DNA from: Monocercomonoides exilis PA203
Lineage: Eukaryota > Protista > Preaxostyla
Assembly (NCBI GenBank): GCA_001643675.2
Contig: LSRY02000023.1
Location: forward strand, 1,240,001 to 1,304,000
Direction of reading: 5' to 3'
DNA length: 64,000 bases
Of this stretch, positions 25,944-37,869 are shown in pieces. Numbering within the stretch: the stretch's first letter is position 1; each line of letters opens with the position of its first letter. Under the pieces are notes generated by a model. The model saw nothing but the letters and a program-made list of their open reading frames with translations. It searched no databases and was not told the origin of the DNA. Both the position numbers and the translations under genes were made by a program.

Positions 25944-27327
25944 CTACGACTGCGAGTCAGAAGCAGCTGAGGTTTTGTCAGCAGCCGGCTCGGCTGAAAT
26001 GGGTGGTGGTGACTGTGACGGCAATACGGGTTGTTCGGACGTGTCAGATGAGTCAGAAGAGTCAGAGGAAGAGGGCGTGCAAGATGATGACTGTTCAGAA
26101 GATGTGGATGATGATGATGATGCTGTCGAAGATGAAGTTGGCGCTGCATTCAGCTCGTCGTCGAGCACTTCGTCGTCGGGATTTGGAGGATGATCTACAA
26201 AGTCAATCAACCCACCTTCAAATGACAGACCAAATATTTTAATATTCTCAGTGGATGTGATTGATGGAGATGGTGCTGGCATTGGAACTTCCTCTTCTGG
26301 CTCTGAATCTCCTTCTCCTTCGCTATCTTCATCAGCTGCAGATGATCCGCTCTCACTCGTAGCATCGCCTTCTTTCTTTTCTTTTCCTTCCTGTCCTTCT
26401 TTGTTCGCTTCAGCAGATTCTCCTTCATTCTTTCCTCCTTCTGCTGCTTTCTTTTTGTCTCCTTTATTTCCTGAAGCTCTTCCTCGTTTAACGCTTGGTG
26501 CAGTTGGATGAGGTGAATCGCCGCCAGAAAGAAGTGAAGGAACAAGACGTGGCAAAGAACTTTGTTCGTTTTTCTTTTCTTCTTCGCTTTTCTGATCAGT
26601 TGATTGCTCGCCTTTAGCTTTGGCGAGTTGTTTTTCTTTCTGTTTTTTATCTTCCAACACTTTTGCCATCAAAACTTCACGATATCCGCTAGGTACCCTC
26701 TGTGTTCCACTGATTGTGTTCCTTCGTTGCCTTCCACGAGAATCATAACCGCTTGCACCTTTTAAATCAATTGGCACAATTTGTCTAAACTTAGATGGAT
26801 GAAGAATTGTCGAAGATTCTTCCATTTGAAGAGAAGAACGTGGTAAATTAGCTGCAGCTGATGAAGTGGCACGAAGAAATTCTGCTTTTGGATCAAATGG
26901 AACTTGGATCCCATCTCGCTGTCCAGGAACATGAAAAGCAGAACCATACATAAATCCTCCTTGTCCTGGTCGAACCATCATAGATTGAGATCTGCTCGTT
27001 CGAGTTTGTGGAATAAATAGTTCATCAGGGATTGAAGGTGGCGCTGAAATTAAAAGATATGACAAAAATTAATTGTACAAAATGATTTCTTAATATAGAA
27101 AAACCTATTGGGGGCACTCTCTTTGGTTTTTGCTGTGGAAGATGCGTTTGCTCTGTTTTAGCTTGATTTTCCACAGAAATGCTATCTTTCTTTACATCAG
27201 TTTTCATTGCATCTTGAAGGGCTTTATCGAAATTAAATAAAAATTTAAAACAATAAAAAATGAATCATTGATGAAAATTCCAACCATCTATCACTGTAAC
27301 ATCTGCCTTTGCAGGAGTATTAGTCAT
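25944..27327 (-). CDS. Hypothetical protein, low-complexity acidic/Ser-rich C-terminus, about 3 exons
   Basis: ATG at 27327 (MTNTPAKADVTVID), two short AT-rich GT-AG introns (~27224-27284, ~27044-27105), then the long ORF ending in the stop at 25944. No domain recognised. Confidence 0.6.
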
Positions 27328-27526
27328 CTATTCACGAGTGTGATCTAACCTTAAACGTATTATTTTAGCCCATTATTTGAATTATTAATAAACTTCAAAT
27401 AAAAAATTTTTGCAAAATTCATTGATATATTACAGCGAAACAAATATATAATTGAGATGATTTATTGAAAAATCAAAAATACAAATTGATATTTTTTTCA
27501 ACAAAGAAGAAGAAAACTTGAAATAT

Positions 27527-28644
27527 TTATGAATCAGGCTGGAAAAGAGACATGTCAACAATTTGAAAAGATGAAAGTATATGCCTTATGATTGAAGAAT
27601 ATTCTTCATTAAAAATTTCGTCTTCCACAGTTTGGTAATGTTGTTTCGATGGGTCTTCTGATGCACATTCATCTGTTTCCTTTGATTCTGATTTCTTTTC
27701 TTCTTCAGGTTGAGTTTTTTCTTCTTCTTTTTTTTTCTCAGAACTTGATTGTTGTTGTTCCTGAACAGGCGAGGTTGAAGAAGCGGTTGACGATGATGAA
27801 GCTTTGTCAGATTGCTTCTCTTTGCTTTCTGAAGCTGTGGGATTCAAAAATTTTGGAATGTTAGTTGTTCTGCTTTCTTCAAAAACACCAAAATAAGACT
27901 TGTTTTCTGTAATTGATTTTCCTCCAATCATATGCCCTGGATGCATTTGAGCTGATTTTTGTTCGCAGCCTTCCTTTTTCAAATCGCTCTCCGAAGCCTT
28001 TGGAGGAACTGGAGGTGCTGGGGTTGGAAGTGTATTATTTAATGAGATAAGTATATCGGTGGCAACTTTTGGAAGACGGATAAGAATGTGACAATTGATA
28101 ACATCTCTATCCTTGTGACGGCCCATTGTAGCATTCGCAATAAGCAAAGAAGTGTAAGTGTCGGTGCTTTAAAAACAAATTGCAATGAAAATTATTCAAC
28201 AAAAATGAAATAATGTGATTTTCGATTCAAACTCGAGTCTCGGGCAATATGAATGATCAAGCTCTGCATTATAATGTATTACAATGTTTTCAGCTTGATT
28301 AGCATCGCTAAGATCTTTGTAATGGAATGAAATTGCGTCTTTATCCGCAATTGGAACTGCTTCAAGGATATCAACAACAAAGCTAATGATAATTAAATAG
28401 CTTGCAAAGTAGTGAAGAAAAAATATCTGTCAAACTGCTTCAATTGGTTCGTTGGATGAAGATATATTTCTTGATTATCTGAAGATTAAAATGGAAGAAT
28501 TGAATAATTATAAAGAATGAAGTGGTTGGATTGGTAGAATGATGAAATACCTGGTATAGGTCGTCCTAAAGAAGCATCAACCCATGTTTTAGGTAGTTCG
28601 CACAAAATTGCTCCCCCAAATAACTCTCTTTTTGCAAATTCCAT
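27527..28644 (-). CDS. MOG1: Mog1 / Ran guanine nucleotide release factor, multi-exon
   Basis: MEFAKRELFGGAILCELPKTWVDASLGRPIP|DNQEIY, then LIRLPKVATDILISLNN and C-terminal ILSSFQIVDMSLF, all typical Mog1 blocks. Confidence 0.88.
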
Positions 28645-28699
28645 AATAATGATCAACAAAAAGTTTTTGATCAAACAGTACCCATCAGTATATTTTAGA

Positions 28700-31327
28700 A
28701 TGGCAAATAATAAAGAAATTAAACTGTGCATTCTTCCTGAGTATTTATTGCCTGATGATGATGTTCCCAAGCAAGTCATTACAAATACGCAAGAAAAAAG
28801 TCAAAAAGAGAAACGGCAGCAATTGAAAATGGACAGAATCAGGAAACAGACAAATGCAATAAAATTGTGCTCAAGAATAGCTATTGGAGAAAAATGTGAA
28901 AATCCAACGTGTAGATTTTCGCATGATATTGTTTCATTTTTGAAACAAAAGCAAACATTTTCTGGTGACAGAAAACAATGCGTTTTTTCTGAAAAAGGCT
29001 GTCGATGTCCTTTTGGAGTTCGTTGCGTCCTTTCAGATTCGCACGTACGTATTACACACTTAGATAAAAAAGATTCTGAAGAGCAACAGAGCGATTTATC
29101 TCAAAGTAATCCGACATTTCCTTCTGAAAATCAGAAGATTGAAAGTAATTCTGAGTTAAAAATTGAATTTTTGGATAAAGATCTTCCATTTCCACCAGCA
29201 GAAATGAACACACTCAGTGCAAAGACTGTTGATGCGCTTCATCGTTTTAAATATGATTTTCCTATATCAAAGCAAGTGATTATTCCTCCAATGACAAAAC
29301 GACAAGAAGCATTAAGAGCGGAAAAGAATCAGGACAATTCAAGAATTCAGAACAAAGAGCAAGCGATTATACAAAAAGAAAATGCAAACAAAGAAGATTC
29401 CGAAAGAAAAGAGGAAACTGAAAAAATGGATATTGAATCTGAACAAAAGAAATCGCCAAAAAGATTGTTATCAACGAATGAAATCGAAAAATCGCATCAA
29501 TCAGACAAAGAAAATGAAGGGGAGGATGAAAAGATGAATGATGAAAAAGATGTTGAAATCGACAAAGCGGATGGTTCTGACTTGAAAGAAACAGCCATTG
29601 AATCGAAAAGGCTCCGCGAAGACAGCAGCTCTGCTCCTGTTGCATCGTCGCATGTTGGTGCAATCATAGAACCCGATCCGCTGCCGCACTTTGACTACAC
29701 CCAGCCATCCCTTCTGCATCAGCTGACTCGCCCGTCGTTCTCTCTGGACCACCAGCTGTATCTGGCGCCTCTGACGACGCTGGGGAACCTGCCCTTCCGC
29801 TCAGTGTGCAAAGAGCTCGGGTGCGACATGACGTGCTCAGAGATGGTGGTGGCAGCGCAGGTGCTGAAGGCAACGAACTCAGAGCTGTCGCTGCTGCACC
29901 GCCATCCGAGCGAAGGGCGCTTTGGCGTGCAGATTGCGGCTAATCACATCGACCAGGTGGCGCGGTGTGTGGAGCTGCTGAACAAGGAGTGTCTAGAAGA
30001 GACATCGACTTCAGCAGGGTTTTTGGAAGGCGGAGGAAAGGGAGAGGACGGAAGGAAAGAGAAGGAAATACAACGGGATGCGACGGAGAATCGGAGAAAT
30101 GGAAGGGGCGGAGGAATCGACTTCTTTGACCTGAACTGTGGGTGCCCTGTGGATCAGTTCTGCCACAAGGGACTCTGCTGCGGGCTGATGGCAAGACCCA
30201 CAAAAATGGCAATAGTTGCACAGACAATGTCACTCACTGCATACCTTACGAATCAGTCCCTTCTCTCAAAAATACCAATTTTCTCACTGGGCTTTGCTTC
30301 TCGTCAAAACTTTGCTTCGTCTTCTGCTTCTGCTTCTGCTTCTTCATCAGGAGATTCTCAGTCACTAACATCAACCTTCTCATCCTTCTTCGACTCGTCT
30401 TATTCTCATTTCACAGACATCCTATCATTCCACCAGCCGATGATTGTGAAGATGCGCATCGGTGTTGATGAGAAGCATGCGATTGCTTCCTCTCTGTTTG
30501 GCTCTCTCGCTGACTGGGGGATGGACGGCGGGGTGATTCATGGCAGGACGAAAGAGCAGCGGTACACAAAGACAAGCGATTGGAGCTACATTGGCGAGTG
30601 TGCCAGGGCAGCAGCAGGGCGTGTGAGTGTGTTTGGGAACGGAGATGTTTTTGGGTGGAAGGACGTGGTGAAGGCGTGGGGAGAGGAGCCAGAAGATGTG
30701 GAGAAGGTGGAGCAGGAGAGAGAGAAGATGATGGAAGCTGAAGTAACGGAGATGGATAAAGGAGAAGAGAAGAGAGACAGGAATGAAAGTGAACGAGTGA
30801 GAGAGGCGAGAGAAGAGATGGATGAGAAAGAAGGCGATTTGCGAGCAACACGAGCCATCCGCCACCGGTTGGGGTTTGTGGACAGTGTGGTGATTGGGCG
30901 GGGTGCGCTCATAAAGCCGTGGCTGTTCAAAGAAATCAAAGAAAAGAGGGACATCGACATCAGCTCTTCTGAGCGGTTTGGGCTTCTGAAGCACTTTGTG
31001 GATGAAGGGATGATGCACTGGGGTGCTGACAGCCAGGGTGTTGAGCTAACACGGAGCTTTCTGCTGGAGTGGCTCTCGTTCTTGTTCCGCTATGTGCCTT
31101 GTGGAATCATTGACAGGAGAGAGGCGAGTGACGATGGCAAAGGCAAAGGAAAAGAAGAGAGGCAAATATTAAATGTGAGATACCCAAGATACAAAGGCCG
31201 CGATGAGCTGGAAACGTTGATGGCTTCCGATAGGGCAAGCGATTGGATTAAATTGTCCGAAATGCTTTTGGGCAAAACCAGTGAAGGGTTTCAATTTGCC
31301 CCAAAGCATAGATCAAATTCATACTAA
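28700..31327 (+). CDS. DUS3: tRNA-dihydrouridine(47) synthase DUS3
   Basis: Two N-terminal CCCH-type zinc fingers, LYLAPLTTLGNLPFR, TCSEM, DLNCGCPVD, HGRTKEQRYTKTSDWSYI, FGNGD, IGRGALIKPWLFKEIKE, DISSSERF, HWGAD, C-terminal PKHRSNSY. Single exon; ATG at 28700 preferred over 28649. Confidence 0.95.
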   Translation: MANNKEIKLCILPEYLLPDDDVPKQVITNTQEKSQKEKRQQLKMDRIRKQTNAIKLCSRIAIGEKCENPTCRFSHDIVSFLKQKQTFSGDRKQCVFSEKGCRCPFGVRCVLSDSHVRITHLDKKDSEEQQSDLSQSNPTFPSENQKIESNSELKIEFLDKDLPFPPAEMNTLSAKTVDALHRFKYDFPISKQVIIPPMTKRQEALRAEKNQDNSRIQNKEQAIIQKENANKEDSERKEETEKMDIESEQKKSPKRLLSTNEIEKSHQSDKENEGEDEKMNDEKDVEIDKADGSDLKETAIESKRLREDSSSAPVASSHVGAIIEPDPLPHFDYTQPSLLHQLTRPSFSLDHQLYLAPLTTLGNLPFRSVCKELGCDMTCSEMVVAAQVLKATNSELSLLHRHPSEGRFGVQIAANHIDQVARCVELLNKECLEETSTSAGFLEGGGKGEDGRKEKEIQRDATENRRNGRGGGIDFFDLNCGCPVDQFCHKGLCCGLMARPTKMAIVAQTMSLTAYLTNQSLLSKIPIFSLGFASRQNFASSSASASASSSGDSQSLTSTFSSFFDSSYSHFTDILSFHQPMIVKMRIGVDEKHAIASSLFGSLADWGMDGGVIHGRTKEQRYTKTSDWSYIGECARAAAGRVSVFGNGDVFGWKDVVKAWGEEPEDVEKVEQEREKMMEAEVTEMDKGEEKRDRNESERVREAREEMDEKEGDLRATRAIRHRLGFVDSVVIGRGALIKPWLFKEIKEKRDIDISSSERFGLLKHFVDEGMMHWGADSQGVELTRSFLLEWLSFLFRYVPCGIIDRREASDDGKGKGKEERQILNVRYPRYKGRDELETLMASDRASDWIKLSEMLLGKTSEGFQFAPKHRSNSY

Positions 31328-31572
31328 TTCGTTTTTATTTATGAAATATGTTTTATTTTGTTATAAAAAAAAAATATATTCAATTACTGCTAAAAAAGAT
31401 AATGTATGCATGCGATTTAGACTCTTGCTTCATGGATAAGAAATTGGTTTTACAAAATATCCTTACAATTTTTTCTTTTGTTTTTATTTTCAAATATTTC
31501 TTTTTTGATCACTTAACCAATTTAATATTTATAAAACAGTAACTTGAATTTATATTTTGAAAAAATATATTA

Positions 31573-32512
31573 ATGGCCGATTCTTCGGATTTTAAAGAAG
31601 GAGCTGGAGTAATAGATGATGAATTGCTTTCAATTAGGCAACGAAGATTGGAATTCTTAAAAAAGAAGTTTGCTTTATTTTGAAGAATATTTTTTTTTTG
31701 ATGTTTTCTTTTTGTAGACGGGAAGAAAACTTGCGTGCACTTGCTGAAGGGGGTGGTGTTCTCAAAGATATTCTTGAATCAGAGGTTTGCAAATAATGAT
31801 TTTATTTATTTGAAGAAATATTGTTATTTTCATACGAACAGTTTTTCCCAATTGTCACGTCTAAAAAATGGGTAATTGCAAGCTTTTATCATCATCAATT
31901 TTCAAGATGTTCTATTTTACACGATCATTTAACTGTTTGCATTTTATTTTTTGTTGTAATTGATTTATAATTGTTTTCTATTTAATATAGAAATTGGCTG
32001 CAAAATATCCTGCAATAACTTTTTTGAAAATGGACGTTGAAAAGGTTTGTTTCAATTATCTTTTATTGAAAGCCTGCAATTTTGATGAATATCGATTCGT
32101 TTTTCAGTGTCCGTTTTTAGTTACAAAACTGAAAATTCGTATTTTACCGGTTATGCTTTTCTTTAAAAATGGCATTAACACAGGACGTTGCGTTGGGTTT
32201 GAAGAGTTTGGAAATAAGGACGATTTTCCGACTATACTTATTGAAGAAAAGATGGAAAAAGAAGGTTTGATGTTTATTTCAATTTTTATTAAAAGAAATA
32301 TGAAAACATTTTAATGATTAAAATTATTTTTTTAAGGAATGATTGTCTTAGATGAAAGCGCAGTCGAAGCAGCTACCGCTCCAAAAGATACATCAAGCAA
32401 AACACTTGGCTCTTCACTTCATTCAACAACGCTTTCATCAAAGCAATCTGAAATTCAAAAAATGAGAGAAAAAATCATGCAAGAAGAAGATGACGATGAT
32501 ATTTTTGGATGA
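31573..32512 (+). CDS. TXNDC9: Phosducin-like protein 3 / TXNDC9 (thioredoxin fold), multi-exon
   Basis: Spliced reading: IRQRRLEFLKK...VIASFYHHQFSRCSILHDHL...AAKYPAITFLKMDVEK|CPFLVTKLKIRILP...RCVGFEEFGNKDDFPT...EEDDDDIFG*. Several short GT-AG introns. Confidence 0.85.
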
Positions 32513-34000
32513 ATTTTTTAATTTCATGGAGTAAATAATAATGTTAATAATATCAAAAACATGTAGATTATGATTTTATTTGCTGATTTTGTTTGATAAT
32601 TGGGTTTAACCAAAAATATTTTATTGAGTCTTATTTTCTAAGCACAAGCCATTCCTGCGTTTCCAATACAAAAAATGAATTATGAAGATAAGCGCCTCAA
32701 AATTCACTTAATGAATAGGAAATGTGTTTATTTTTTATTGATTGGTAATTATTTATAGAAAGAATCTGATTTAGAAAATATGAAAAAAACTTCATGGAAA
32801 ATTAGTTAATACAAAAGTTACTCTGACAAATTAACACAGAAAAAAATTTAAAAAATCAACTATTATATTTTGCTAAATTATTGATTGTTTAATTCATATT
32901 TATTATTGAAACGTGATTTTAGAATTTGTTTTTCTCAGAATTTTTTTTTTTTGAAATCATGTTTTTCGTACAAAATTTTCTGTTCGAACATTTCTCACAA
33001 ATATTAACAAATGAACATTGAAAAGAGAAATGACAAACAAAAGCCTTATTATCAAAAATTCGTTTGAAACATTTGTAAATGAAAGACAATTATCATATTT
33101 TTTTCTCTTTCGAATTCGAATTTTCTTTCCAAAAACAAATAATCTTTTAAAAAAACAACACTCCTAAAAAAGAAATAATTTCGAAAATAATCACCAAAAA
33201 TGTCAAAGATAATTTTTACAACTTAACTTTCTTGTGAAAAATAATTGTTAAAAAAATTTTTAATAGTTCAAATAACTCTGTTATAAAATGCACAATAGAC
33301 TGCAATCGTAACAAAAATCAAGGTTATTGGTAAATAAAAGATTAATTATTCTCTATATTGTGTTTATTTATCAAATAAAAAAAATAAAAAATTTTTTCGA
33401 ATTTTTTTTTTGAAGAAATTTGAATTTTCAAACAATTTCCTTCATGTTGAAAATTTAACTGACCATCAAAAATAACTGATCCACTTTTTTAATTTGAAAA
33501 TATGAACCAACAGTTTTGAAAGAGTCAAATAACATACAGTTATTGTTATTATCAAACATGAAAATGCATTGTGATTGAGATAATTTTCTCTTCTTTTTTC
33601 AAAAACAATTAAAAATGAACAATTATCCTGTTAATGGAAAATATCATTTTGGGCAAAATATGTTTTTTCAAGCTCTTTCATTTAAAAATTTTTGAGCTTT
33701 ATATTGACTTTTTGTGATCAAAAAATACGAATGAAAATGGACCGTTTTTTGAAATTCGTGTGAGGTTACAAAACATAATGTTATGATATCAGTGACACTT
33801 TTTTTTGATATGAAAATCAAATTTGTTTCGCAATATGATTTAGTTAAAAAAAATTTAAGTCAAACAATTATTTCTTTCTTTGTGCAAAAACAAAGCTTGG
33901 AAGCACGTATTTTCCCCCATTTGTCAAAATTTTATAATCCGGATGTTCAAAAAAAAAGTTAAATTCCTCACATTTAAACCAATGGCATAATTAAAATTTA

Positions 34001-34774
34001 TCAGTAGTTGATCGATCCTCCTTTATTCAAAATAACTGATTTGAGGAGTTTGAACATCGAATGAACGAGTTAATAGTTTATATCCATTTCAAGTTCATTA
34101 CAGGCAGTCAAAATTGATTGTTTCAGCTCATTCGCATCTTTCTTTGGTTTTCCATCATTGAAAACTTTCCTTGATAAAATGCTCCACACATTTTCGATGA
34201 TATTTGAATCTGGAGAATAAGGGGGCCATTCTAACCCGGGGATTGTTTTATCTCTGATTATATTTTGCACCTTTGAAAATCGATGAACCGCTGAATTATC
34301 GTGGATAAATCTCAAATTATTTTTGAACCGCTTGCGTGCATATGGAATCAATGAAAACTGAATTATTCTTCAATATTCCTCAGAATTCATTGTTTCCCTG
34401 ACAAAAACGATTGGTGATTTGAAATTATAACCCACTGCAACCCAAATCTCTATTTTTTCATGTTTATTCTGACTTTGATGGTCGAAAATTTCCTCATTAT
34501 TGCTTTCTATCCATTCCATTCTTGTATTATCTGGTCCAAATAAATTAAATTTTTTTTCATCAAAGAAGATCGTTTGTTCCCATAATTCATCATCCCTTAT
34601 ATGTTTTTCAGCAAATTCGTTTCTCTTCTCCCAAGCATTCTTTGATAGGAAAGGGATGTTTTTTCTCTTTGAGTATTTTCTATTTATGAAGCGCAATAAT
34701 CGATGAGCAGTGGAATTGCTGCAATTCACGCCAAGATAATCTGTTTGATCTGTGGCTTTTCAAACTTTCATATA
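34001..34774 (-). pseudogene. Tc1-family (DD34E) transposase pseudogene, 5'-truncated copy
   Basis: Mirror of 36202-36975. Motifs FFDEKKFNLFGPD, IHDNSAVH, WPPYSPDSNIIENVW, with in-frame stops. Confidence 0.9.
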
Positions 34775-35224
34775 CAGTCTAAACCGGATTTTATCACGTC
34801 GAATATAATCACATTCGAATATTGTCACATTTTTCGATGCACAGACATTTTTGCTTGTTTTTCATTCATTTTCTTAAGCAAATAATCACAGGGCTGAAAA
34901 TAAATAATCACATTTTATTTCTTTATAATCAGTTTTTTCAATGAAAAATCGATTTTTTTATCAAAAATTATAATTTTTCACTTTTTCAAAAATGTGTTCA
35001 AATAAGTCTAAATAATGTGTATTTATGTTCAAAATTGTTCAAGCAAGTGAAAAAAGAATATTTGTGCAGAATTTTCAAAAACAAAAATATTTGTCCAAAA
35101 ATTAATTAATAAGTTAATTAATTTTTATTATTTTCTGTGAAAAGCATCATCGTGTGTAATCACTATCGGATATAGTCACAAAAAGTTGTGCAAAAACAGA
35201 TGTGATTATATCCGGTTTAGACTG
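34775..35224. mobile_element. 450-bp Tc1/mariner-type MITE (TIR CAGTCTAAACCGGAT...), left copy
   Basis: TA|cagtctaaaccggattttatcac at 34775 and gtgattatatccggtttagactg at 35224 are inverted repeats. Non-coding, AT-rich interior. Confidence 0.8.
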
Positions 35225-35525
35225 CATTTTTATTCTTCTCAAAAGAAAAATATGATCCTGATGATCCTTCTTTATTATTTTGAAATAAAAGCTGAAGTCT
35301 GAAGAGAAAATTTATCGATTAGAGAATAATAGAATGTTATTTTTGATTTTATTAGTTTTTGTAAAAATAAAGGCAAGAAAAATATATATATATATAAAAA
35401 TAATGTTTGTTTTCATAATTGGCATGAAATTATTTTCAAAAAAATGTTACACGGAAAAAAAGGTTTTTTTTGCGAATGATAAAAGCATTTATGTAAAAAA
35501 AGAAATTACACACAAACAAAACAAA

Positions 35526-36975
35526 ATGACAAGAATAACAAAAGGCTCGATTCAAAAGAAAATTCGTCCACTGTGCGATAAAGGAAAAGGAAGAAACAAA
35601 ATTGTTTGTTAATTGGACAATTCAATCAATCCAGCATAAAACATATAAAAACAAACCATTCACAATCGAAACTGCTGGTTAGTTGCAAACTTGGAAGACA
35701 ACTTTTTCTTTCATCTGCTCTGTTGACGAAAGCAAAATAAGAATCAAAATGCAGTCCAAACCGGATATAATCACATCTGTTTTTGCACAACTTTTTGTGA
35801 CTATATCCGATAGTGATTATACACGATGAAACTTTTCACAGAAAAAAATAAAAATTAATTTATTCATTAATTAATTTTTGGACAAATATTTTTGTTTTTG
35901 AAAATTCTGCACAAATATACTTTTTTCACTTGCTTGAACAATTTTGAACATAAATACACATTATTTAGACTTATTTGAACACATTTTTGAAAAAGTGAAA
36001 AATTATAATTTTTGATAAAAAAATCGATTTTTCATTGAAAAAATCACCCATAATGGTAAAAAATGTGATTATTTATTTTCAGCCCTGTGATTATTTGCTT
36101 AAGAAAATGAATGAAAAACAAGCAAAAATGTCTGTGCATCGAAAAATGTGACAATATTCGAATGTGATTATATTCGACGTGATAAAATCCGGTTTAGACT
36201 GTATATGAAAGTTTGAAAAGCCACAGATCAAACAGATTATCTTGGCGTGAATTGCAGCAATTCCACTGCTCATCGATTATTGCGCTTCATAAATAGAAAA
36301 TACTCAAAGAGAAAAAACATCCCTTTCCTATCAAAGAATGCTTGGGAGAAGAGAAACGAATTTGCTGAAAAACATATAAGGGATGATGAATTATGGGAAC
36401 AAACGATCTTCTTTGATGAAAAAAAATTTAATTTATTTGGACCAGATAATACAAGAATGGAATGGATAGAAAGCAATAATGAGGAAATTTTCGACCATCA
36501 AAGTCAGAATAAACATGAAAAAATAGAGATTTGGGTTGCAGTGGGTTATAATTTCAAATCACCAATCGTTTTTGTCAGGGAAACAATGAATTCTGAGGAA
36601 TATTGAAGAATAATTCAGTTTTCATTGATTCCATATGCACGCAAGCGGTTCAAAAATAATTTGAGATTTATCCACGATAATTCAGCGGTTCATCGATTTT
36701 CAAAGGTGCAAAATATAATCAGAGATAAAACAATCCCCGGGTTAGAATGGCCCCCTTATTCTCCAGATTCAAATATCATCGAAAATGTGTGGAGCATTTT
36801 ATCAAGGAAAGTTTTCAATGATGGAAAACCAAAGAAAGATGCGAATGAGCTGAAACAATCAATTTTGACTGCCTGTAATGAACTTGAAATGGATATAAAC
36901 TATTAACTCGTTCATTCGATGTTCAAACTCCTCAAATCAGTTATTTTGAATAAAGGAGGATCGATCAACTACTGA
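35526..36975 (+). pseudogene. Tc1-family (DD34E) transposase pseudogene interrupted by a MITE
   Basis: The decayed N-terminal HTH region lies in the palindrome spacer (MTRITKGSIQKKIRPLCDKG...; LGRQLFLSS). Removing the MITE plus one target copy restores the frame ...ESK|YMKV*KATDQTDYLGVNCSNSTAHRLLR. There are 34 residues between the second D (IHD) and E (NIIE). C-terminus LVHSM...VILNKGGSINY*. Stops at 36214, 36604 and 36904. Confidence 0.88.
35752..36201. mobile_element. 450-bp Tc1/mariner-type MITE, right copy
   Basis: cagtccaaaccggatataatcac ... gtgataaaatccggtttagactg|TA. The inner flank is TG (probably a mutated TA). Confidence 0.8.
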
Positions 36976-37532
36976 TAAATTTTAATTATGCCATTGGTTT
37001 AAATGTGAGGAATTTAACTTTTTTTTTGAACATCCGGATTATAAAATTTTGACAAATGGGGGAAAATACGTGCTTCCAAGCTTTGTTTTTGCACAAAGAA
37101 AGAAATAATTGTTTGACTTAAATTTTTTTTAACTAAATCATATTGCGAAACAAATTTGATTTTCATATCAAAAAAAAGTGTCACTGATATCATAACATTA
37201 TGTTTTGTAACCTCACACGAATTTCAAAAAACGGTCCATTTTCATTCGTATTTTTTGATCACAAAAAGTCAATATAAAGCTCAAAAATTTTTAAATGAAA
37301 GAGCTTGAAAAAACATATTTTGCCCAAAATGATATTTTCCATTAACAGGATAATTGTTCATTTTTAATTGTTTTTGAAAAAAGAAGAGAAAATTATCTCA
37401 ATCACAATGCATTTTCATGTTTGATAATAACAATAACTGTATGTTATTTGACTCTTTCAAAACTGTTGGTTCATATTTTCAAATTAAAAAAGTGGATCAG
37501 TTATTTTTGATGGTCAGTGTTAGAACAATAAA

Positions 37533-37869
37533 CCAGTTAGCGAAATTTCCTTACTGGAAAACAGATTCCAGATCTTGATTCGATGATAATTTCTTTTAGC
37601 ACTATTTGTTCAATGTCGCCCGTGACAAATTGCGGTCTTCCAACTTTTACAACCAGCCTTTCACTTCTCAAAGATCGTACTGCATTTTTAATCCGTTTGC
37701 GTGAAAATTCCGTTGAGTTTATTGCTTCTGTTATCCTGACAACTCCATCAACCACAATGCGCGCCATCAGTCCCAGGCGATTGTCCATTTTTCTGTAATC
37801 GAAAGATTTCATCGCTGCACGAAATTACCGCTGACCATCTATTCTATTTCGTTCCAGAGTTATTTTCAT
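37533..37869 (-). pseudogene. 5' fragment (HTH region) of a pogo-like transposase, truncated by the palindrome
   Basis: SRKRIKNAVRSLRSERLVVKVGRPQFVT resembles the first exons of the two pogo-like genes at 55.6-55.9 and 56.2-56.5 kb (NRSALNRAIEAVKDGR...GRPPAL; KRAEKAQKENRVVGKPGRPFLF). In-frame TAA near the start. Confidence 0.55.

Larger units (their letters stand above)
33458..37518. repeat. Large inverted repeat (palindrome): arms 33458-35237 and 35739-37518 (~1.78 kb each), ~0.5-kb unique spacer
   Basis: Arms are reverse complements. All paired coordinates sum to 70976 (e.g. ORFs 34070..34351 / 36625..36906 and 34370..34729 / 36247..36606). Confidence 0.95.
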
